A program made the position numbers and the translations under genes. Shown here piece after piece: positions 1 through 8,865 of a DNA stretch of 64,000 bases. Source of the stretch: a virus; IMG/VR virus record IMGVR_UViG_3300015263_001568, positions 16,100 through 80,099 of that record; one strand, 5' to 3'. Position 1 is the first letter of the stretch; each line of letters starts with the position of its first letter. The notes beneath the pieces are model-generated. The model had not been told where the DNA came from. It did not search any database and worked only from the letters and a program-made list of their open reading frames with translations.

Positions 1-333
1 TACGTATGGTTTAGCGGCAGAAGCGTCAACGATGAAGTCGACAGCATCCTTTACACTGGTGAAGTCTGCGTTGGCTTTTCCTACCGTGATGGTCTCAGCA
101 ATATTTCCAACCGTTGTCGGATGCCATGCCGCCCCATCCCACTGATAGATCGTGTGCTCTACAGTGTGCCAGAAAATGTCACCAGTGTTTGGCGCTCCTG
201 GAAGTGCCGCACCACTGGGAATAATCAGTGAATCTACGACCGATAGATTTTCGGTCAGCAGGCGGTCTGGCGAGCCTATTTCTTGATAGCCACGACCAGA
301 GTCATCTATCGATGTCGCTCTACGATCTGCCAT
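1..333 (-). CDS. Putative virion structural / tail fibre-type protein (partial, runs off window start)
   Basis: ATG at 333 directly after the stop of 334..939; open to base 1 (MADRRATSIDDSGRGYQ...PNTGDIFWHTVEHTIYQWDGAAW...ITVGKANADFTSVKDAVD). The GDxW...YxWDGxxW and TVGxxxADFTSI/VxxA patterns are typical of fibre/tailspike proteins. Confidence 0.55.
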   Translation of the reverse strand, partial: MADRRATSIDDSGRGYQEIGSPDRLLTENLSVVDSLIIPSGAALPGAPNTGDIFWHTVEHTIYQWDGAAWHPTTVGNIAETITVGKANADFTSVKDAVDFIVDASAAKPYV

Positions 334-939
334 TTACGGCCCTGATACCTTGATTGGCGGAGCGGGATGCAGAATGATAGTCACCCGACCGGTAGTAGCG
401 TACAACGTCGCATTTTCAACTTCGCCGACTAGTGTGTAGTAATGGCCGGACCCACTTATTGGGCGGGTATTCCGGAATTTTCCCGGAGTAATCCAGCTAA
501 GCACTGCTGGATCTCCTGCAACTACACCCAGCCCAGCGTCAAACAATACTTCGACAATTCCGCCGACTACAATTTGACCCGCCGTTCCGGCATAGACACC
601 AGCAAACGTTGACGTCAAAAAAGACCCTGCCAAATGGTCGGCATTGGTCGGCATAAATGTGCTGTTTCCAGACACGTAAGCTGCATAGCCAGCCGTCATC
701 GCAGTCGTGTCTTTGCCGATGATGATGACCTGCTCAAGGTCATTGAACTGCGTCAAGTCGTCGAGGTTAATGACGACAATGGTACCAGACGCAATACGGC
801 TGTACACTACCTCGGTATTGATCACATCGTCGTAGGCGACGAACTGGAAGACTTTATCCTCGCGCGGCTGAAGCGTGCCGTTCACTGGACTGCCTAGCCG
901 CAAGACGTACGTCGTCAGATTTCGGATAAGTACAGCCAT
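334..939 (-). CDS. Putative virion structural protein
   Basis: 201 aa, Gly/Ala/Val/Thr-rich beta-type composition; translationally coupled to both neighbours. Confidence 0.5.
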   Translation of the reverse strand: MAVLIRNLTTYVLRLGSPVNGTLQPREDKVFQFVAYDDVINTEVVYSRIASGTIVVINLDDLTQFNDLEQVIIIGKDTTAMTAGYAAYVSGNSTFMPTNADHLAGSFLTSTFAGVYAGTAGQIVVGGIVEVLFDAGLGVVAGDPAVLSWITPGKFRNTRPISGSGHYYTLVGEVENATLYATTGRVTIILHPAPPIKVSGP

Positions 940-1376
940 TAGTATAGTGTCGAGGGCACCTGGACCACGTAGGTCGGTGGCTCGGGTGTAGTGTCACCGA
1001 CGCCAACCTCGTCGCCGCTCATAGCCTTCATCTTGGTGACGTTCAGGCGGCACAGCTCGGTGTTGGCGTCGTAGAGGTCCGGATCCTCCCCCGGATTGGC
1101 CCGGAAATAGCCCTTCGCTGCGTCGGAACCAGGGCGGACTACCTGGCATGACCCATAGCCTGACGAAGGCAGCAGAGCGGCTCCTGTGGGCCATGAGGAG
1201 AAGAACACTTCCATGGCGGCGTTTAGCGCACCTTGTAGGTCTGACGCCCACACTAGTTGGCTAAACCAAAAGGTCCGGCTGCGGGCAATCTTGCCCTCGT
1301 ACTGAGGTTGGCCGGTGAAGCCTACCTGCCAGGCAGCGAGCCCTTCCTGGGGCCATGTGCGAACCCCGTGTGTCAT
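939..1376 (-). CDS. Hypothetical protein
   Basis: 145 aa ORF with coupled start and stop in a co-oriented run. Confidence 0.6.
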   Translation of the reverse strand: MTHGVRTWPQEGLAAWQVGFTGQPQYEGKIARSRTFWFSQLVWASDLQGALNAAMEVFFSSWPTGAALLPSSGYGSCQVVRPGSDAAKGYFRANPGEDPDLYDANTELCRLNVTKMKAMSGDEVGVGDTTPEPPTYVVQVPSTLY

Positions 1377-2212
1377 CCTTCGTACTTCCGCAAAATGTCT
1401 TGTATGGACGACTTGAACTCGCTTACGCGGCCAAGTAGCAAGTCCGTCAAGTTGATTTCGTGGTTGTATTTGTTGGATTTGAACACACCGGTTAGCGTGT
1501 GGATGTCGCCAGGATTAAGCTGCCGACGTTCGGCGAGCGCATCCAAGTAAGCAGCGCTCAATCGATAGCTCTCGGTCACCGAGCCCGTACCATGATCACT
1601 AGCTGCTATAGACTTGCAGAGGTCGTCTAGCGCTTCGCCTAGACCGTCGGCTTTAGGCACAGGCACAATGGCATAACCGAAATATTCTGTGTATGGGTCT
1701 TGGCGCAGCTTGAAAAACACACCGCCATCGTTGGCTCGAAGCAGACTCTGGATCTTGCGATTCGGGCTGCTGGATGGCTTGTCGGTAGACCACCAGCATC
1801 CGACGAAGACCATGCCTTCAAACTTCAAGCCACGATGCAGCGGCTTTTCCTTGCCCTTGTACGAGTGGCGCTCCAATCGAACGTCGCCCGTGTCTTTGTC
1901 CTTTTTCCAGCGAAAGCCTGGAGGAGGATTATCCTCAATTTCACGGATCAGCTCGGTCACTACATCGCCTACCAGCATGCCAGTTGTAGCCAGCATGCGG
2001 CAGACTTGGAGCTTCAGTTCTTCAGGAATGTAGGGGTGCTCTGCTTGGCGCACCGGAACGTTGCAGCTTAAATTTTCAAGCCACTCGATGACCCTTTCCC
2101 GTGCCAAGCCTAGCTTGTATATCCACGGAAAAATCATCGTCGCCAGGACGTGCGCAATATCGCGCGTCCCGGCTTCCCGGTACACTGCTCCGGCGTATCG
2201 AATACGTAGCAT
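1373..2212 (-). CDS. Hypothetical protein with N-terminal IRYAGAVY tag (possible virion-internal protein)
   Basis: 279 aa; GGAGG RBS upstream; N-terminus carries the same motif as ORFs at 55-64 kb. Confidence 0.7.
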   Translation of the reverse strand: MLRIRYAGAVYREAGTRDIAHVLATMIFPWIYKLGLARERVIEWLENLSCNVPVRQAEHPYIPEELKLQVCRMLATTGMLVGDVVTELIREIEDNPPPGFRWKKDKDTGDVRLERHSYKGKEKPLHRGLKFEGMVFVGCWWSTDKPSSSPNRKIQSLLRANDGGVFFKLRQDPYTEYFGYAIVPVPKADGLGEALDDLCKSIAASDHGTGSVTESYRLSAAYLDALAERRQLNPGDIHTLTGVFKSNKYNHEINLTDLLLGRVSEFKSSIQDILRKYEG

Positions 2213-2233
2213 GTCCCGACCTCCGCCGGGCAG

Positions 2234-3058
2234 CTACTTTAGGCCGGTGCCCTTGAGTGTAACAAGCTTGCGTGCGAAGTCAGGGTCACCGTACATCTTG
2301 GTATAGATGTTGATGAACTCCTGCGTAGACTCCTGGGCGACGCGCGGCGACTTATCGGTGATGTCGACGACGTTACCCTTGTGCACCTGGAGCACTTCAC
2401 CATTGGCGCGCACACGCAGAGTATCGGCGCCGACGAACTCCACCTCACCGAACTGTCGGTAGCCGTCACGGATGAAGGTGATACGATCACCAACATCGTA
2501 GCTCAGCATCCCAGCCTGGTGCAGGTGTGCAAACCGCGGACGATGGTGCGCCGTTCCCTTGCGGATTTTGCGCTGCCGGTTTTCCAAAATGGCAGCGATG
2601 TCATCCCGAGCAACGCGCACCAGGAACTTGTTGCCATTTTCATCCGCCATCGCTTCCCAGATGCGATTGCTCTCATCGGCAAAGCGCTGCGTACCATTGC
2701 TCGCCGTGTGCACGGGGATCATGTGCCGCGCATGGCTGATAGGTGCCAGCTCTGGCTGCTGCACAACAATACCGCTGACAGCGTCAATTTCGCTACCAGT
2801 GGACTTTTCATGCAGCCGCACGCTCTCCAACGCCAGGCGGAGCTGACCCTCAAAGGTGCTGGTGACCCACTGGTCAACCTGACTACCCTTCGGGCGGCCA
2901 AACTGTGCGTTGAACCCGATCAGAACCTTCGCAGAGTGGTCATCCACCACGTCCCAGTCCGACAGATAAAAGTCGGGACGTCCCGACCGAGTGCTGGCCA
3001 CTCGCTCGTTGATTCGGCGGGTGAGCTTGTCCGAGATGGTCTTCAGCAAGTCCGACAT
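2234..3058 (-). CDS. Hypothetical protein with C-terminal KOW/SH3-like barrel
   Basis: Start moved to MSDLL at 3058 (AGGAG upstream); C-terminal YDVGDRITFIRDGYRQFGEVEFVG looks SH3/KOW-like. Confidence 0.65.
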   Translation of the reverse strand: MSDLLKTISDKLTRRINERVASTRSGRPDFYLSDWDVVDDHSAKVLIGFNAQFGRPKGSQVDQWVTSTFEGQLRLALESVRLHEKSTGSEIDAVSGIVVQQPELAPISHARHMIPVHTASNGTQRFADESNRIWEAMADENGNKFLVRVARDDIAAILENRQRKIRKGTAHHRPRFAHLHQAGMLSYDVGDRITFIRDGYRQFGEVEFVGADTLRVRANGEVLQVHKGNVVDITDKSPRVAQESTQEFINIYTKMYGDPDFARKLVTLKGTGLK

Positions 3059-3147
3059 TTTCTTGCGTCTCCTTATAGGTTTTACGCACTCCAGTTCCAT
3101 GCGGAGTGCCGCAGTACCCCATAAGGTTAACTACAAAAATGGTCGGA

Positions 3148-4008
3148 CTACTCGCGAAGCGGTACGGAATGTCGACTACACAGCTTCTTAAATTCGGACT
3201 GCGATACGCCTACCGCGTTGGCCATGGCAGCAACCGCCGAAAAGCGCTCGGCGCACATCGTCAGCAAGCGTTTGATGGAAAGGTGGAATTCTTCTTCAAG
3301 GCGAATGTCGATAGGAGGCTTTTTATCGCGACATTGCTTACTACAGTAAGATATCGTGTCCTTTTTCAGGTAGGGCTTTTCAAACGAGCGCTCACAGACG
3401 GCGCAGACATTGGCGCTGGGAATGCGTGTAACGAGGTCTGTGTCTACTTCCTTGAGAATTTCCTCTTGCAGCGCACCTTTTCGCAGATTTGCCAACGTAC
3501 GCGTCAGCATCGAGCGCACCGCTGTAGGTGACATACCCAGCAAAATGGACAAGTCGTGATTTGTTAGTATTGGCCCCTGGCGACCTTCGTAGCGCATATT
3601 GCGCGCCAGGTAGTGCAAGATGCAGTTGCGCGCCCAAGGATGGTCTGTGTGGAACGCACAGCTCCGCACGGCACAGGGCTGATGTATTGCAATGTTATCC
3701 AGCTCTGGGCAGTAGAACGGCGGCTCGTGGTCAATGGTGCGCGGCTCGTCGTAGAGCTGCTCCATGTTTCCCGAGAAAATGTGCTCGACGTATTCGATGA
3801 CACTGTCGGCCGTCATAGGACCGACAGTGTCCTCCAGAATTTTCAAATTAGCGGGGTATTGATGACAAGGCCAAGATGCCTTGCCCGCGCAGAGGTTGAG
3901 TCGGCTTTTCGTGATGCCGATGTCGAGCAGGAGCTGCCCCGCACGATGGCACACCTTGTACATTGGGCAGGACGGATTAAGGTCCTTTTTGGCAATCCGG
4001 CCTGTCAT
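3148..4008 (-). CDS. Cys-rich putative transcription regulator with sigma-region-4-like HTH
   Basis: LTNHDLSILLGMSPTAVRSMLTRTLANLRK resembles a sigma70 region-4 HTH; CAVC...YCSKQC zinc-finger-like motif; possible second HTH at the C-terminus. Confidence 0.6.
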   Translation of the reverse strand: MTGRIAKKDLNPSCPMYKVCHRAGQLLLDIGITKSRLNLCAGKASWPCHQYPANLKILEDTVGPMTADSVIEYVEHIFSGNMEQLYDEPRTIDHEPPFYCPELDNIAIHQPCAVRSCAFHTDHPWARNCILHYLARNMRYEGRQGPILTNHDLSILLGMSPTAVRSMLTRTLANLRKGALQEEILKEVDTDLVTRIPSANVCAVCERSFEKPYLKKDTISYCSKQCRDKKPPIDIRLEEEFHLSIKRLLTMCAERFSAVAAMANAVGVSQSEFKKLCSRHSVPLRE

Positions 4009-4022
4009 CCAACGTCACGCGA

Positions 4023-4721
4023 TCACTCGACTTCCCAAGAATCGGAACCGTCATCGGTATCGGCTGACGCAAAGTCTAGATCGTCATCGTCTTCCATTGC
4101 GTGCAGCTTTAGCTGAGAAGACTTCTTGGACTTCTTCTTGTCCTTCTTGCTCTTCTTCGCCTTCTTGTCCTTCTTCGGGCGCCCACGCTTCTTGGGAGCC
4201 TCCTCCGTTTCGGCCTCGACGTCCTTGTCCTTCTTCGGGCGCCCGCGCTTCTTAGCAGGAGGAGCCTCGTCAGCCTCGGCGTCCTTGTTCTTCTTCGGAC
4301 GCCCACGCTTCTTGGGAGCCTCGTCAGCCTCGGCGTCCTTGTTCTTCTTCGGGCGCCCGCGCTTCTTGGGAGCCTCTTCCGTGGTCTCAGACTTCCTCGG
4401 GCGCCCGCGCTTCTTGGGAGCCTCTTCGGCCGCAGCAGCAGCCTTCGGAGGACGTCCACGGCGCTTCTGTGGCGCTGGCGCTGTATCGGCACTCTCCGTC
4501 GCTGGAGCGGCAAGTGGCTCCACCTTGTCGATGCTCTGCACATCTGCGGTAGGAATGTACCGCGTGATGCGCTGATGCAGTGCTGGGCGGCCTCGCCCCT
4601 GCTTCACTACAACATCGAATTGGACCTGCACGAAGCTGCTATCCATTCCGAGAAGCAAGCCATCGACGTTTGCCTTCTTACCTTTGAGGGTTACGCTTAC
4701 CTGTTCGGCCTTCTTTGGCAT
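4023..4721 (-). CDS. Multi-AT-hook (HMGA-like) DNA-binding protein
   Basis: Six K[KR]RGRP[PRK]K AT-hooks plus one GRGRP; acidic C-terminal tail (EDDDDLDFASADTDDGSDSWEVE); GGAGG RBS. Confidence 0.85.
   Translation of the reverse strand: MPKKAEQVSVTLKGKKANVDGLLLGMDSSFVQVQFDVVVKQGRGRPALHQRITRYIPTADVQSIDKVEPLAAPATESADTAPAPQKRRGRPPKAAAAAEEAPKKRGRPRKSETTEEAPKKRGRPKKNKDAEADEAPKKRGRPKKNKDAEADEAPPAKKRGRPKKDKDVEAETEEAPKKRGRPKKDKKAKKSKKDKKKSKKSSQLKLHAMEDDDDLDFASADTDDGSDSWEVE
4140..4470. repeat. Imperfect coding tandem repeats (~50-65 bp) encoding AT-hook units
   Basis: Recurring ttcttcgggcgcccgcgcttcttgggagcctc units. Confidence 0.8.
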
Positions 4722-4751
4722 TTTGCCTCCTATCGTCTGCCGACTGTCTGT

Positions 4752-6347
4752 CTATGTGAGGTCTTCACGTAGTCGAATGAATCGGTTAAATCGTCCAATC
4801 GCAACTTCTGTCTTATCACCTTGAACGCGAAAGTCAACCTTCATCCCAACGATGTCTTTGCGTTTTTGCCAGTACGTCATACGCTGGTCGTTATCCGACG
4901 CATGAGCAAACCCCCCACCAACATGAAATTGGCGCCCTTTGTACTTCACCACAAAGTAGCCGAGGCGCTCACCATAACGGTACGAGCAATGCCCCTTCCG
5001 ATGCGTAGAAATCCGGCGGTCCGTCGCATCACTAATAGCTTCACGTAGTTCGGCGCTAAGTGCCCGCGGCCGATCTACAGAACAATGCAAGTACGAACCA
5101 TCGTCTTCGACAGATCCCCACTCCTCCATGATGGCACGTACCTTCTTGACGTCTGCCTTGGAGGCACCCGCGTGCTTGCCCTTACCCGCCACCGCATCAA
5201 CGATGGTACCGGTCACATCATCCTCTGGCTTCAACTTCAGGCACAGGTCGGTACGCTTGAACACATGTGGTGCCTTGGGGTCTTTGACCATGATGCCTTC
5301 AAACGATTGGTCGAGGCACCAATCGTAGTAGGCTTGCATCTCGTCCACGTCCAACACCATCCGATGCGCCAGAATCCACACATTGCTGGAAAATTTGGCA
5401 ACGCGCTTGGCTTTTTGCCAATTGGCTACCGTTGACAATAGCGCCCTTTTACGACGGCTCCACGCCACGTCAAACGATCCGCGCATGTAGTTTGGCAGCC
5501 AGGACCAATCGAATAGCACGCAGCGCACTTCCTTCAAAAAGTCGCGCTTGTTGAAGTTCTTTGTGCTGCGGATCAAACTTGACGTACGGTTCCAGCTTCC
5601 ATCCACTGCCAGAAATTCACCGTCCAAAAAGACGGGTTTGTCTTCGCGCGTCTTGGTGATGCGGTTAAGCGCGCGAGCGATATCACAGAGCTGCGAAGAA
5701 AATTCCGCTACCTGCTCGATGTGCTCACGGCGCTTATTTCCGCGCGTGTAAATGTGAATGCGCTGCTCAGCCGGAAAGGCAAATACCAATGCGCGCTCGC
5801 CATCCAGCTTGGGCTCCACCGCCAAGGGAAAACGTGGGCGCTTGCTGCCCTTGTAGACGTCTTCGTACTTCTTTGCCAGCAAGCAGCCGTTAAAGCTCCA
5901 TCCGCGGTCTTTTTCCTCGGTAGAACGCCAGAAGTCCTTTCCCCAAATCTTGGTGATGGTCTTTTTGCTTACACCGATACGTAAATCGTGGTTGAGGATG
6001 CGGCGAAACCACTTCGCGAGATGCTTGGGAACCGACACCAGTAGCCGGTCTGTAGCCATGGAGGCTGTCTGCCCAGTCATTTCGCGTGACGTCAAAGCCT
6101 TTGCCAAGCGCACGAACTTGTCCCACGCTTCCCGCTCATCGGGAACCGTTACCGCCGGGACAAGGTTGGCAGTAGGATGCACATGGTACATGTCGCCACC
6201 GAGTGCCATCAAGACAATGGTACGCAGCAACTGGTTGTCTTTTTCCTGCTCCAAGACAGTCTCTTTGGAGAGGCGACTAGACATGTTCTCCATGTGATCG
6301 AGAGCCTTAATAGCGGCCTCGATTTCTGCCTTCGTGACGCGCGGCAT
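4752..6347 (-). CDS. lig: ATP-dependent DNA ligase
   Basis: EPKLDGER adenylation motif, LDGEF, EGIMVK, LKLKP, C-terminal OB fold (VGGGF). Confidence 0.95.
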   Translation of the reverse strand: MPRVTKAEIEAAIKALDHMENMSSRLSKETVLEQEKDNQLLRTIVLMALGGDMYHVHPTANLVPAVTVPDEREAWDKFVRLAKALTSREMTGQTASMATDRLLVSVPKHLAKWFRRILNHDLRIGVSKKTITKIWGKDFWRSTEEKDRGWSFNGCLLAKKYEDVYKGSKRPRFPLAVEPKLDGERALVFAFPAEQRIHIYTRGNKRREHIEQVAEFSSQLCDIARALNRITKTREDKPVFLDGEFLAVDGSWNRTSSLIRSTKNFNKRDFLKEVRCVLFDWSWLPNYMRGSFDVAWSRRKRALLSTVANWQKAKRVAKFSSNVWILAHRMVLDVDEMQAYYDWCLDQSFEGIMVKDPKAPHVFKRTDLCLKLKPEDDVTGTIVDAVAGKGKHAGASKADVKKVRAIMEEWGSVEDDGSYLHCSVDRPRALSAELREAISDATDRRISTHRKGHCSYRYGERLGYFVVKYKGRQFHVGGGFAHASDNDQRMTYWQKRKDIVGMKVDFRVQGDKTEVAIGRFNRFIRLREDLT

Positions 6348-7501
6348 TATTCTGCCTTGGTGGTATGGTGGTGCACGGCCTTTTTGACGATGGCCGGCTT
6401 GTACAGCTCACGGAAGTCCTTGAGAGGATACGTCAACGTGATGCCCGCGTGCACGCCTTCGATGCAAATCAGCGAAACCTGCCCTGCGGCATTTTTCGCC
6501 ACGAAGCCCTTGCATGCCATTCCGGTAGCACGGTCCGTCCACGTCACGGTGTCGCCCAGCGCGAACTTGAACTTTTCCTTGTCCTTCGTGCTGCCACGTC
6601 GGCGCATGACGACGCTGTAGTCGCTGAAGAACCTACGCGCGAGGTCGATCTGCTCAGCGTTGGTAAAGCCATTCAGAATATCCTGAACGCTTTGCAGTGC
6701 GTCATCGATCTTCAGCGCCGGATAGGACCTCTGGCACTTTTCCTCGAACCACTTCAACACGCGCTCTTGTCCCCGCAAGTAGTTGTAATGAACTTCCGAA
6801 GCGCGCTTGAGAAGCTCAATCGTGGGCTCGTCCATCCCCATAGCCTCTGGCACCACGTCGGCCATCTCATGGCTAATGAAGAATGACTGGCAGCTCCACT
6901 TGTCCTCACGCATCGGCTCGCCGCTGACCGTGTTCTTCTCGCTGCACACCGCTCCATGAGGGCCTACATACTTCCACACTGCGCACTGTCGGCATTCCAA
7001 GGGGATGACATCGCCGACCACATAGTCCTTACCAGCATGCTGGTAGCCCTTCTGCACTGTGTAGGTAGACGGTAACTGTTTCGGCTTCGGTCCACGCTTT
7101 GCTTGCTCCTTGGAAGACGTTGCAGCCTTTGCAGGCGCAGCAGACTTTACAGGAGCTGCCTTCGCTCCCTTTTTTGGCGGAGCGGGCTCGTCATCCTCGT
7201 CTTCGTCTTCATACTCGAAATCATCATCCTCCTCGTCGCCATCCTCCTCTTCATCGAAGTCCTCGTCGTCTTCGTCCTCGTCGTCTTCGTCGTCCTCCTC
7301 TTCGTCCTCCTCCTCTCCATCCTCGCTATCTTCCCCGTCCTCGCTATCTTCCCCGTCCTCATCCTCATCGTCGAACTCTTCGTCGTCCTCGTCTTCCCCT
7401 TCCTCGTCCTCGAACTCTTCGTCGTCCTCGGTAATATCCTCGTCTTCGTCGTCCAGTGCCTCAACCGCGGCTTCTAGCTTTTTCCGGCTATCCTTAGACA
7501 T
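6347..7501 (-). CDS. Protein with ~90-aa N-terminal D/E tract, Cys cluster and C-terminal KOW-like domain
   Basis: 384 aa; GGAGG RBS; CRQC...C...C motif; FALGDTVTW at the C-terminus. Confidence 0.75.
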   Translation of the reverse strand: MSKDSRKKLEAAVEALDDEDEDITEDDEEFEDEEGEDEDDEEFDDEDEDGEDSEDGEDSEDGEEEDEEEDDEDDEDEDDEDFDEEEDGDEEDDDFEYEDEDEDDEPAPPKKGAKAAPVKSAAPAKAATSSKEQAKRGPKPKQLPSTYTVQKGYQHAGKDYVVGDVIPLECRQCAVWKYVGPHGAVCSEKNTVSGEPMREDKWSCQSFFISHEMADVVPEAMGMDEPTIELLKRASEVHYNYLRGQERVLKWFEEKCQRSYPALKIDDALQSVQDILNGFTNAEQIDLARRFFSDYSVVMRRRGSTKDKEKFKFALGDTVTWTDRATGMACKGFVAKNAAGQVSLICIEGVHAGITLTYPLKDFRELYKPAIVKKAVHHHTTKAE

Positions 7502-7509
7502 GTGGCCTC

Positions 7510-8301
7510 CTATTCGTCGTCTTCGATTTCTGCCAGGGCTCCGACAACCAATCGTATGTCATCGGCGTCGACTTTATGTTCCTGCGCAATCGCTTCGATA
7601 TTTACTTCTTCGCGGTCTTGCGCCTCAAAATAATGGTTCACAGCTTGGCCGAGATAGATCCCATCACCGTCAATGCCTTCAACCCAACGGTAAAAGCTCA
7701 CTGCGGTATTTTTTCCTACACCTACCTTGGTCAAACGCTTACACGTTTTCTTCCACAAATCCTGGCTAATGTCGTCCATCAAACGCTTCACTGTCAACCG
7801 GCGAATTCGGTCGTGGTAGCGTTCATCGACTTCTGCAAGGATTTTGTCGAACCACCATTGCAAGCGCCGCCGCGGTGCTTTAGCCTTTTTGTCTACAACG
7901 AGCGCAGCTTCTTTGACAGAGGAAGCAAGCGGGATGTCCACAGCCTCTTCCTCGATGCGTTGATTTACCACATCCGGAAGCTGCCGCAGCATCTCGACCA
8001 CTTTGCCTTCGCGTGTTACTGCGTCAATGATGGGGACACCCATACGATTAAGGTCTTCTGGATTGCCAAAAACCAGCAAGCGGTGAATGCTACTATGGTG
8101 CTCGCGCAGCGCTTGCAACTTGCTCGTATCGCGCAGTAGCACAATGTGCCGCTTGTTCGTGTCTGACAAATCCAAGTCTTCAGGCAGCTCCGGTAGTGGC
8201 GGATACACATGCATCCGCTCGCCTCGATTGTACTTGTAATGGATTACAATGACTTCTGGCGAGAGCACCGAAAAGCCTACCGCTCGCACGGTTTCGCTCA
8301 T
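7510..8301 (-). CDS. Hypothetical protein
   Basis: 263 aa; AGGA RBS; ATGA overlap with upstream gene. Confidence 0.7.
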   Translation of the reverse strand: MSETVRAVGFSVLSPEVIVIHYKYNRGERMHVYPPLPELPEDLDLSDTNKRHIVLLRDTSKLQALREHHSSIHRLLVFGNPEDLNRMGVPIIDAVTREGKVVEMLRQLPDVVNQRIEEEAVDIPLASSVKEAALVVDKKAKAPRRRLQWWFDKILAEVDERYHDRIRRLTVKRLMDDISQDLWKKTCKRLTKVGVGKNTAVSFYRWVEGIDGDGIYLGQAVNHYFEAQDREEVNIEAIAQEHKVDADDIRLVVGALAEIEDDE

Positions 8302-8864
8302 TGTTGCACTATCCTTCTTAGGCGTTCAAACAGCGGCGCTCGCGCACTGGAAAATGGGAGTACCACGGACAGGTAGCCTGTGTCAATGGCGGTGATTTCC
8401 GTGTTCAGCGGGGCCTTGGTGTTCGCATCATCGCCAATGAATTTTACCTGGATACGTTTGTTGCCCTGCACATCTTTCAGCCGAACATTAGGCTTGCTGC
8501 TGATCAAGCTTGGATGGCTGACAATTGAAAATCCGGTGTCTGTTACGATGAACGGCAGCTTTTCAGGAAGAAAGCCCGCAATCTCCTGCACTGTATTGTG
8601 CAGCAGCTTATGGGTATCATCCCAACGCTCGTCGTACTCTTGACACAAATCCCAATACAACATAGCCGCAGTCTTATCCGACTCGATGCGCGCCATGCGT
8701 TGCAGCAATGCCATGCTGGAAAGAGTAAATGAGCGGCCGTCTTTCATGAGGATGCGCAGCGCGCCATCACCGAACGATATCTGCTGCACTATGTTGGGGT
8801 TTAGGAACTCGTACAACGACGCGCTTCCTTCACGGTACATCTGTAGAAAAACGTTGACCAACAT
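8298..8864 (-). CDS. Hypothetical protein
   Basis: Likely start MLVNVF at 8864, just after the SbcC stop. Confidence 0.65.
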   Translation of the reverse strand: MLVNVFLQMYREGSASLYEFLNPNIVQQISFGDGALRILMKDGRSFTLSSMALLQRMARIESDKTAAMLYWDLCQEYDERWDDTHKLLHNTVQEIAGFLPEKLPFIVTDTGFSIVSHPSLISSKPNVRLKDVQGNKRIQVKFIGDDANTKAPLNTEITAIDTGYLSVVLPFSSARAPLFERLRRIVQQ

Positions 8865-8865
8865 A

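Noticed and set aside
7099-7769. Plus-strand poly-Ser, poly-Arg/Pro and hydrophobic ORFs
   Set aside because: Antisense shadows of the acidic tract in 6347..7501.
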